Source: Candidatus Peribacteraceae bacterium
GTDB taxonomy: Bacteria; Patescibacteriota; Gracilibacteria; Peribacterales; Peribacteraceae
Length of the DNA stretch: 64,000 nucleotides
Assembly (NCBI GenBank): GCA_018061945.1
Contig: JAGOTD010000001.1
Span: forward strand, 151,050-215,049
Direction: 5' to 3'
Shown: piece by piece, positions 34,612-42,629 of the stretch
Layout: each line of letters opens with the position of its first letter
How positions within the stretch are numbered: position 1 is the first letter of the stretch
Made by a program: the position numbers and the translations under genes
Notes under the pieces: generated by a model
Database searches by the model: none
What the model saw: the letters and a program-made list of their open reading frames with translations, nothing else
Told to the model about the DNA's origin: nothing

Positions 34612-37023
34612 ATGGCAATAAGTCTTGTAACACAGGGTGGAACCGGTAATACAAAAACCGGCTCGTGGTCATCGGGGGGAACCGATAATCCTCAATACAG
34701 CTCCACCCGTTCTTTTGCCCAATGCACCGGAACTGCCACGCCTACCCATACGCAACTCTATAAATTCGGCGGCGTTGGCGGCCAAGGAACATTGACAGCC
34801 GGAACCACCTATCTGCTTGCCATCACTATTCCGACATTGAGCAACCGTCAGGCTGATCAGGTAATTAAAGTGTACGACAGCGATGGAACGACCGTGCTTT
34901 GTAACAGCACCATGAACGGTCAGGTTGCGTTTAGTGATTTTACCTATGCTACCGGTGCAGCATTCGGCAGTCCTACATGGTTATGGCTCGGACAATACAC
35001 GCCGTCGTCCAATGCATCCGGTGCGTCGCTTACTATCTATACGGATAACTCCGGCGCCGATTCCACAAAATACGCAATCGGTGATGCTGCCTATATACAG
35101 CTAGCAACCGATAGCTACACTCCTGTATACGGCAGTTGCCAGAGCGGAAACTGGAGTAGCGCCAGCACGTGGAAATTCGGAGTGCCACCCTCAAGTGCTC
35201 TGGTGACAATCGGCTATGGCCACACGGTGACAGTCGATACGAATACCACGCACGGCTCGAGTCCTACTGCCGGTAACGATGCAGTCAATATCCAGAACCT
35301 GGCCAGTTTGATTGTGGCTGATGGCGCAACTTTTACCTGCCGTGGTGGAGTAAAGCTCACTACTACCTCTGGTGCTTCGCGTGTAGCCGGATATTTTCCG
35401 CTGCAAATTGGAACAGGTACGAATGGTGGCGGTGCAATATTTGAATTCGATGCGTCTCAGGCTGTGTCACCATCAACAGCTATCTACACCATCGGTCCAA
35501 GCAGCAGTGCTCAAACAAATGCATGGGTAAAAATGCGTGGAACTCAAGGCAACCGCGCCCAAGTGAGATCCAATGCGTCCGGAGCCAATGGCCGATTTTC
35601 TCTGCGTAGTTTTGTACAAAACAGTACAGGCGGCCTTGGGATGCTTGATGCACAGGATTGTGATTTTATACGCCTAGGAAGCTCCACTTTGCCTGCGTTC
35701 GAAAATGCACTCCGTCTGTCAGGAGAAGGATTCAGCATGGTGCGTTGTTCGGTACAATATTGCTGGGGTGGCGGTGGCGGGGCGGATTACGCTATTGGTG
35801 TATCTTTCAATGGTGATGGCACCTATGCCACTTTTACCGACGTGACATTTTCCAACACACAAGCCACGTACTCTCTCGCATTGACGCGGGCGTCGGGCAC
35901 GACACTTGGCACTATCACTGTCCAGCGATGTGTGTTTGATAAAGTTGTCGCCTTCTTCTTAACCTCCTGCTTTGGGACCGCCTATTTCCAAGACAACATT
36001 TACAATCATCAAGTACGCTATACCAATGCCACCAGTACGCCTGCACTCGATACAGGCCATTTCTTTTATATGCGGGCAGCCAACGACGGCGTTCCGTCAT
36101 ATTCATTGAGCGGCAATATGACCAATGCCTACTTTCTGGCCGATAAAACGGATGATTCCAACCCCAGCACAACGGGCAATCCTCATTATGTAGGAGCCAT
36201 TGCCGGATTCACACTGACTGGTGCTGTATTTGATTACATTGGTGAATTTGGTTTGGATGTCGGCGATACATTTACCGCCGATGGCGGAACATGCATCATG
36301 CGTCATTCTATCATTCTAAAAGGCACATCCAGCACGAATGCACCTTCAGCTGGAACAATATGGTTAATGACTGGAATATCTGCAACATTAACCCTTGAAC
36401 ACAATACCGTATACTGTTCACATGGTGCGCTCAGCGGTCTCAATATGGGACACGATGCAGCAGCTGGAACTGCAGGTTCTATTCCATCGGTGAAGTCCAA
36501 TATATTTCATTCTCCAAACAGCACGGTCTACGCTATTTCCAGTGACACGCAATCAACTATTGTCAACGACTTCATTACACCCAGCGGCATTACCGCCAAC
36601 ACCTTTAACGGAGTGGGAACCGGTACCAGCAACATTATCAATGGCGTGTCCGGACAATCAATTGTCGGCATGCAAAGCCTGAAACTGTCGGCACAGCCGA
36701 CCGGGAATATCACAACGGCACCCGCTTTTGTAGATTCGACCGTGAACTTCCTCTCGTGGGCGGTATCGCAAGGCTGTACCGGCACCAATGACCAAAAGCG
36801 CGATGCCGCACTCGCGCTTATCGCCGCTACACCGACGCTCGTCCGTACGAGTCTCTTGCCGCATATTCGTGACGGATTTCGGACAACAGCAACCGCACTG
36901 CGCACTGCAGGTCACGATAGTGCCCCCATCGGCGCGTGTAACTATGGCAAAACCACACGCACACTTACGGCTCTCACTGCCTTCCGCACGAATGTGAATA
37001 CGCGATACAGCATAAGCGTGTAA
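34612..37023 (+). CDS. 803-aa signal-less beta-helix protein with a G8-like motif (tail-spike/fibre-like)
   Basis: N-terminus 'MAISLVTQGGTGNTKTGSW', with no signal or TM. 'QSGNWSSASTWKFGVPPSSALVTIGYGHTVTVDTNT' is G8-like. Gly/Thr/Asn-rich beta-helix-like repeats follow. It is the third gene of the + strand operon that starts at 33475. Confidence 0.75.
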   Translation: MAISLVTQGGTGNTKTGSWSSGGTDNPQYSSTRSFAQCTGTATPTHTQLYKFGGVGGQGTLTAGTTYLLAITIPTLSNRQADQVIKVYDSDGTTVLCNSTMNGQVAFSDFTYATGAAFGSPTWLWLGQYTPSSNASGASLTIYTDNSGADSTKYAIGDAAYIQLATDSYTPVYGSCQSGNWSSASTWKFGVPPSSALVTIGYGHTVTVDTNTTHGSSPTAGNDAVNIQNLASLIVADGATFTCRGGVKLTTTSGASRVAGYFPLQIGTGTNGGGAIFEFDASQAVSPSTAIYTIGPSSSAQTNAWVKMRGTQGNRAQVRSNASGANGRFSLRSFVQNSTGGLGMLDAQDCDFIRLGSSTLPAFENALRLSGEGFSMVRCSVQYCWGGGGGADYAIGVSFNGDGTYATFTDVTFSNTQATYSLALTRASGTTLGTITVQRCVFDKVVAFFLTSCFGTAYFQDNIYNHQVRYTNATSTPALDTGHFFYMRAANDGVPSYSLSGNMTNAYFLADKTDDSNPSTTGNPHYVGAIAGFTLTGAVFDYIGEFGLDVGDTFTADGGTCIMRHSIILKGTSSTNAPSAGTIWLMTGISATLTLEHNTVYCSHGALSGLNMGHDAAAGTAGSIPSVKSNIFHSPNSTVYAISSDTQSTIVNDFITPSGITANTFNGVGTGTSNIINGVSGQSIVGMQSLKLSAQPTGNITTAPAFVDSTVNFLSWAVSQGCTGTNDQKRDAALALIAATPTLVRTSLLPHIRDGFRTTATALRTAGHDSAPIGACNYGKTTRTLTALTAFRTNVNTRYSISV

Positions 37024-37057
37024 AAACGTACAATGCTAGGAAATGCCAGTCACCCTG

Positions 37058-37092
37058 AACAACCAACTCCCAGACTTTGGGAATTGGTTGTT
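37058..37092. terminator. Bidirectional terminator hairpin between convergent genes
   Basis: 15-bp stem AACAACCAACTCCCA / TGGGAATTGGTTGTT (one mismatch), loop GACTT. Confidence 0.65.
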
Positions 37093-37110
37093 GGTGCATT
37101 GGTCGTTGCG

Positions 37111-39663
37111 CTAGCTGCCATATCCCTGCTCCAGGAGTCTTCCGAGGAGTGTCGCTACTTCGGCACGGTTGATCGGACTGTTGGGACGGAAGGTGCCGTC
37201 GGGATTGCCTTTGACGATGCCCATGCCCTTGAAAGTATTGATGAGGGGATCGCTGGTATCCGAGAAGAAGACACCAATGCGCGGATCGGGCTGAACGCCG
37301 AGAATGTCGGCCATGGCGTGAATCACCTGCCCGCGCGTCATGGGGGTAAAGACATTCAGATCTTTCGTGTACAGCGAGGGACTTTTCGCCTCCAGTGCAG
37401 CAACGAAGGGGGCTGCCCATGTGTTTTGCGCCGATGCATTGACTGGTGTTGATCCAGACAGATTCATCAATTGCGCGAGCATCTTGGCGACTTCGGCATA
37501 CTGCACATCGCGGCTTGGACGATACAAGCCGAGTGGCTTGCCGTTTGCATCGTTGTAGCCGCTCACAATATTCAGATCTACCAGTATGTCGACAGCCGGA
37601 GCAAAGTAATCGGTAATGAAGACATCTTTGAAGATGACTTGTGTACTGTTGATGGTTTTGGCGAGGAAGCCGGAGGAGGAAGTAAGTTCGGATGGTGTTT
37701 TGAGGACCATTTGACGACGAGGATTGAGTGATGACGACGTAGAGCTTGCGGCAGCTTTCAATGCGGCTTGAGCAGCAAGGTAGTCGGCAAGGGCTTTTTC
37801 GCGCAGTGCTTTTTCATTACTGGACGAAGAAAGTGACGAGCGCGACCAAGAAGAGACAGAGCCAGTTGGCAGAGAGGAGGAGGAAGCTTGGACGAAGGGG
37901 ATGGAAGAGCTGGATGAGCTAGAGCTTGGAAGCGAGGAGGATGCAGAGGAACTCGATAGGCTCGAAGCAGCGCTCGATGACGCTGCGCTGTGCACAGCCC
38001 CGACTCGCTGCCGACAGGCAACGTAATCGAAGCTCAAGCGGTAGTTCTGCGAAAAGGGCTTTCCTTGATCGAGCCACGCATATTGCACACCGGCAGCAAA
38101 AATTTGATCACCTTGTGTGAGATATTTTGGATCCCCTGTTTTTTCGTACAGCCAGCAGTAGGTTGGAGCAATAAGGAGGTTTAAATCTGGCGCGGCAGTA
38201 GTGCAACTAGTGTGATCTTGAAAATCTTGATAACAAAACCCTGTTCCACGCCACATGTTGGCCCAAATATAATCTGCACCTCGTTGAATACCAGGAAGTA
38301 TACGCAGGTCACCAGTCTTTTTTTCGTAGTCCATCAATGCATTTGTCGTGAGTGCAAACATGAAAGGCGCAATACGATAATAATTCCCTGTCTGAAACCA
38401 TTGATCAAGATGGCCAAGCGCCGATGTTACTTGGTCTGCAAGAAGTGGCATGGCACCGAAGCCAGCAGTTTCGTTGTCCATTTTTGCATCGATAGCATAC
38501 GCTGCTTCACGACTGTAAAATTCATTAATATTAGAACTGAGTGCTGTATTGCCGCGTGCACCATTCTTCGCGAGCAAATTAACAGCATTCAGCGAATCTG
38601 CGTCCCCTGTTTTCTGCCAATCGAGAAGAAGACCGCGTGTAAACACACGATAGCCTTGTATTGCGCCATTGTTCACGAAGACATGGCTCCTGTAGACAGC
38701 CTTCACATACTGCGCGCATGTTGTCGCCCACACCGGATCCTTTAGATACTCCGCCATCTGATAGTACACACGAATGCCATCGTAAAACCACACGCTGCCA
38801 TCCCACGTACCTTGAAGATTGATGAGCGACTGATTACAGTGCTTTGTGCCATATTTCTTCATATTCGATTCCCATAGTGCTAACTGCGGAATGGCTGGTG
38901 GAGGATTGATGTATGGCTGTGGCGTGACTCGCACTGGCGCTGGATCAACAATAAGAGGAAGGATGATGCTATGAGCTTTAGCAGCATATGTTCCCGTTAC
39001 CTGAAACGAGTAATTGCCAACCGGCGCATTCGGCGCAGCAGTAACGCGCAGCGATTCAACACCAAACCACTCATCGACAGCACTGACTGTAATCCCGGGC
39101 GGAACATTGTCGAAGGTATATTTTATAGTGAGGTTCGATGCGCCTCCAAGCTGACGAGCACGCACGCTAAAAAGTGCATAACTCCCCTGAAAGACATGGC
39201 TAGGGCTCGACGGATTAACGAGATCAAAATCTACAGGAGCGGTTTTATCGAAAAGCGTAAGAGCACTAAGATCGTCTTGTGCTTTTCCTATTCCTCCAAC
39301 GCCATCTGTTGATACAGCGCGAATGTAATACAGCGTCGAAGGATCCAGTCCGCTGACCGTCACGGCATGAGTCGTTGTCATCGTTTGATCGACAGGTGTC
39401 GATATATCGAATTTTGTTCCCCATGCACTATATTGTACTTGCGATGTCGCTGGCACATTGGTCACCCAATTGAGCGTAAAGCTCGAAATGGTAATATTGG
39501 AAACGCTGATAGACGTAAGAGTAATGGGAGTAGCAGCAAACGTTTGTATTTTTGTTGGCTGCAATAAAGATGGATACACCAGCACTGCTGCAAATACGAT
39601 CATTAACTGACTGAAGATGACGGCGGCAACTTGGACATGGCGTGGATGTGTCTGTTTCTTCAT
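37111..39663 (-). CDS. SLH-anchored surface protein, paralog 1 of 3 (TM anchor, FN3, Ig-like, helical-repeat central domain, Ser-rich linker, 3 SLH)
   Basis: - The ATG at 39663 gives 'MKKQTHPRHVQVAAVIFSQLMIVFAAVLVY', aligning with the other two paralogs; the track TTG start is at 39684.
- FN3 'ITISSFTLNWVTNVPATSQVQYS'.
- SLH 'FKDVFITDYFAPAVDILVDLNIVSGYND' and 'FFSDTSDPLINTFKGMGIVKGNPDGTFRPNSPINRAEVATLLGRLL'. Confidence 0.85.
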   Translation of the reverse strand: MKKQTHPRHVQVAAVIFSQLMIVFAAVLVYPSLLQPTKIQTFAATPITLTSISVSNITISSFTLNWVTNVPATSQVQYSAWGTKFDISTPVDQTMTTTHAVTVSGLDPSTLYYIRAVSTDGVGGIGKAQDDLSALTLFDKTAPVDFDLVNPSSPSHVFQGSYALFSVRARQLGGASNLTIKYTFDNVPPGITVSAVDEWFGVESLRVTAAPNAPVGNYSFQVTGTYAAKAHSIILPLIVDPAPVRVTPQPYINPPPAIPQLALWESNMKKYGTKHCNQSLINLQGTWDGSVWFYDGIRVYYQMAEYLKDPVWATTCAQYVKAVYRSHVFVNNGAIQGYRVFTRGLLLDWQKTGDADSLNAVNLLAKNGARGNTALSSNINEFYSREAAYAIDAKMDNETAGFGAMPLLADQVTSALGHLDQWFQTGNYYRIAPFMFALTTNALMDYEKKTGDLRILPGIQRGADYIWANMWRGTGFCYQDFQDHTSCTTAAPDLNLLIAPTYCWLYEKTGDPKYLTQGDQIFAAGVQYAWLDQGKPFSQNYRLSFDYVACRQRVGAVHSAASSSAASSLSSSSASSSLPSSSSSSSSIPFVQASSSSLPTGSVSSWSRSSLSSSSNEKALREKALADYLAAQAALKAAASSTSSSLNPRRQMVLKTPSELTSSSGFLAKTINSTQVIFKDVFITDYFAPAVDILVDLNIVSGYNDANGKPLGLYRPSRDVQYAEVAKMLAQLMNLSGSTPVNASAQNTWAAPFVAALEAKSPSLYTKDLNVFTPMTRGQVIHAMADILGVQPDPRIGVFFSDTSDPLINTFKGMGIVKGNPDGTFRPNSPINRAEVATLLGRLLEQGYGS

Positions 39664-39700
39664 AGGTTTTTTGTATGAAATCAATCTGGATATTATACCA
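39664..39700 (-). promoter_or_regulatory. Extended -10 promoter and conserved leader
   Basis: The minus strand reads TGGTATAAT-ATCCAGATTG-ATTTCATACAAAAAACCT-ATG. Confidence 0.5.
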
Positions 39701-39765
39701 TAAAAACGCCGTTGTTTAAATGATGTGAGACGGCAAAAGACGGAGATGGGAAGTGGAAGAGGTAT

Positions 39766-39836
39766 TGTAAGTAAGGTATGTAAGGTAGGTGATGCGGATT
39801 TTTACCTACCTTACCCACTATACGTACCTTACTTCC
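39766..39836 (-). terminator. Nested hairpin terminator after paralog 2
   Basis: Inner stem GTAAGGTAGGT / ACCTACCTTAC (39779-39789 with 39803-39813). Outer GTAAGGTA / TACCTTAC arms. A homologous structure lies at 42551-42610. Confidence 0.6.
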
Positions 39837-39841
39837 TGTAA

Positions 39842-42451
39842 TTACTGCCCATATCCCTGCTCCAGCAATCGCCCAAGTAAAGTGGCTACTTCGGCTCGGT
39901 TGATCGGACTATCGGGACGGAAGGTACCATCGGGATTGCCTTTCACAATGCCCATGCCTTTAAAAGTATTCACAAGCGGATCTTTGGTATCGGAGAAGAA
40001 ACTGCCGACATTGGGGTTAGCAGTGATAGCGAGAGTGTCGGCCATCGCGTGAATAACTTGTAACCTTGTCATGGGGGTAAAGACGTTGAGTGAAGAGGTG
40101 TAGATGGTGGGAGATTTCGACTCCAGTGCAGCAACGAAGGGGGCTGCCCATGTGTTTTGCGCCGATGCATTGACTGGTGTTGATCCAGACAGATTCATCA
40201 ATTGCGCGAGCATCTTGGCGACTTCGGCATACTGCACATCGCGGCTTGGACGGTACAAACCGAGTGGCTTGCCGTTTGCATCGTTGTAGCCGCTCACAAT
40301 ATTCAGATCTACCAGTATGTCGACAGCCGGAGCAAAGTAATCGGTAATGAAGACATCTTTGAAGATGACTTGTGCGCTATTGATGGTTTTGGCGAGAAAG
40401 CCAGAGGCGGAAGTAAGTTCGGATGGTGTTTTGAGGAAAACAAGTTGTCTGGAGCGAGAAAGAGAGGAGGCAGAACCAGCAGCCGCTTTTTCGGCGGCAA
40501 CTTTGGCAAGATACTCTTCGAGCGCCTTCTGACGTTTGACAATTTCATCACGCGAAGAAGATGAGCTGAGCGATGACCGCGAGAACGATGAAACAGATCC
40601 TGCCAGAACAGAAGACGAACTACTCGAAAAGGCCGAAATGCTGGAAGACGATGAGACAGACGAAGAAACTGATGACACGAATGAAGAAGACGCAGACGAC
40701 GATATCGAAGACGCAGCGGAGCTCGACGAGCTGGAAACAGATGCGCTTGAAGACGACGATGTACTGGATGCCGAGCTAGCCGCACCAAGACGCTGACGAC
40801 AGGCAATGTAATCGAAACTTAAGCGATAGCTCTGCGAGAATTGCTTACCTTGATCCAGCCATGCATACAGCACGCCGTTGGCAAAAATCTGATCGCTTTG
40901 GGTCAGATATTTTGGATCACCGGTTTTCTCGTAAATCCAGCAGTAGGCGGGAGCAATGAGCATATTCAAATCTGCTGCGGGAGTAGTGCAGCTGCTGGCA
41001 CCATCCTGAAAGATCTGATAACAGAAACCTGTGCCGCGCCACATGTTATTCCACATATAGTCGGCACCGCGTTGCAGTGCCGGAAGCACGCGTAAATCCC
41101 CTGTTTTCTTTTCGTAGGCAATCAGCGCTTCGGCTGTGAGTCCGTACATGAAAGGCGCGATACGTTCGTGGTTTCCCGTCTGGAACCATTGATCCAAATG
41201 CCCGATGGCCACCGTCGCATAATCGGCAAGCAGCGGATTGGGGGCGAAACCCGCCGTCTCGCTGTCCATTTTTGCATTGACTGCGTAGGCCACTTCGCGA
41301 CTGAGTGCTTCATGTACCACCGCTCCAATCCGCACGTTGCCGTATGCCGCATTTTTAGAGAGAAGATTCACAGCATTTGAAGAATCTGTGTCACCTGTCT
41401 TCTGCCAGTCGACGAGAAAGCCACGAGTAAAAACACGCCATCCGGGCACGCCGCCATTACTGGCAAGGACGTAGGGGCGATAGACACTTTTTGCATACTG
41501 CGCACAGGTCGTACCCCAAATTGGTTCGTTGAGATATTCGGCCATCTGATAATACACACGAATACCATCGTAATACCATACATTCCCTTCCCACATACCT
41601 TGTGCCTCAATATTGGTTTTATTACACATTTTGGTACCGTATTTTTTCATGTTTGATTCCCATAAATCAAACTGCGAAATAGCAGGTGCTGGATACGCAT
41701 ATGGTAACGGGGTGACGGCTGCCGGAGCCGCATCCACCACAAGCGGTAGAATAATAGTACGGGTTTTCCCGCTCGCTGTGCCTGTCACTTGAAAGGAATA
41801 ATTGCCAGGAGCAATGCTCGACGAAGCTGTGACTTTAAACACATACGTGCCGTAGTAATCACCTACATTGGTAATGGTGATACCGCTGGGAATATTTTGC
41901 GTCGTGTACACAATGGTCGGCGACGACTGTCCTCCAAGCTGACGCGATCGTACCGAAAAGAAAGCCGAATATCCCTGTGCAACGTGGCTCGAACTGTGAA
42001 AATTGTCGAGTGCAAAATCGTACGGAGCGGTTTTGTCATACAGTGTGAGAGCATAATAATCATCCTGGATACGCGTGGTTCGTCCTGCTGAATCTGTCGA
42101 TATGGTGCGTATGCTATAATTTATGGACGGCTCCAAATTAGTGATAGTCACGCTGTGATCGGTGACTAAATTTGTATCTAAAGGAGAGGAAAGATCAAAT
42201 TTGGATGTACCCGCGCTATACTGTACCTGAGATGTGGTAGGCACATCTGTCTTCCATATAATCGTGGCACTATTAAACGTGATATTGGTAACAGACATGG
42301 ATAATACTGTAGGAGGATTTGCCGCCTGCGTATTGATAAGACTGGGCTTATAAAAATACGGATACACCAGTACTGCCGCAAATACGACCATCAATTGGCT
42401 AAATATAACCATGCCAACCTGGACATGCTTGGGATGAGAGAAGGTCTTCAT
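39842..42451 (-). CDS. SLH-anchored surface protein, paralog 2 of 3
   Basis: 'MKTFSHPKHVQVGMVIFSQLMVVFAAVLVY'. Same architecture as paralog 1. The C-terminal SLH region is near-identical in blocks to paralogs 1 and 3. Confidence 0.88.
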   Translation of the reverse strand: MKTFSHPKHVQVGMVIFSQLMVVFAAVLVYPYFYKPSLINTQAANPPTVLSMSVTNITFNSATIIWKTDVPTTSQVQYSAGTSKFDLSSPLDTNLVTDHSVTITNLEPSINYSIRTISTDSAGRTTRIQDDYYALTLYDKTAPYDFALDNFHSSSHVAQGYSAFFSVRSRQLGGQSSPTIVYTTQNIPSGITITNVGDYYGTYVFKVTASSSIAPGNYSFQVTGTASGKTRTIILPLVVDAAPAAVTPLPYAYPAPAISQFDLWESNMKKYGTKMCNKTNIEAQGMWEGNVWYYDGIRVYYQMAEYLNEPIWGTTCAQYAKSVYRPYVLASNGGVPGWRVFTRGFLVDWQKTGDTDSSNAVNLLSKNAAYGNVRIGAVVHEALSREVAYAVNAKMDSETAGFAPNPLLADYATVAIGHLDQWFQTGNHERIAPFMYGLTAEALIAYEKKTGDLRVLPALQRGADYMWNNMWRGTGFCYQIFQDGASSCTTPAADLNMLIAPAYCWIYEKTGDPKYLTQSDQIFANGVLYAWLDQGKQFSQSYRLSFDYIACRQRLGAASSASSTSSSSSASVSSSSSSAASSISSSASSSFVSSVSSSVSSSSSISAFSSSSSSVLAGSVSSFSRSSLSSSSSRDEIVKRQKALEEYLAKVAAEKAAAGSASSLSRSRQLVFLKTPSELTSASGFLAKTINSAQVIFKDVFITDYFAPAVDILVDLNIVSGYNDANGKPLGLYRPSRDVQYAEVAKMLAQLMNLSGSTPVNASAQNTWAAPFVAALESKSPTIYTSSLNVFTPMTRLQVIHAMADTLAITANPNVGSFFSDTKDPLVNTFKGMGIVKGNPDGTFRPDSPINRAEVATLLGRLLEQGYGQ

Positions 42452-42490
42452 GAAGTGAATATTGGTATGAAATCTTCATATTATACCATA
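42452..42490 (-). promoter_or_regulatory. Extended -10 promoter and conserved leader
   Basis: The minus strand reads TGGTATAAT-ATGA-AGATTTCATACCAATATTCACTTC-ATG. Confidence 0.5.
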
Positions 42491-42550
42491 AAAACGCCGT
42501 TCTTTAAATGATGTGAGACGGTAAAAGACGGAGATAGCAACAGGCGAAAG

Positions 42551-42610
42551 TATAGTAGGTACGGTACGCAAGGTAGGTAATGCGGATTTTTACCTACCTT
42601 ACCTACTATA
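42551..42610 (-). terminator. Nested hairpin terminator after paralog 3
   Basis: Outer stem TATAGTAGGT / ACCTACTATA (42551-42560 with 42601-42610). Inner stem AAGGTAGGTA / TACCTACCTT. Confidence 0.6.
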
Positions 42611-42629
42611 CGTACCTTACTTCCTGTAT

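Noticed and set aside
31334-37023. Intact prophage or tailocin.
   Set aside because: Only fibre/tip-like genes are present. There are no capsid, portal, terminase, sheath, tube, baseplate, lysis or integrase genes in the 64 kb, and the flanking genes are cellular SLH proteins.
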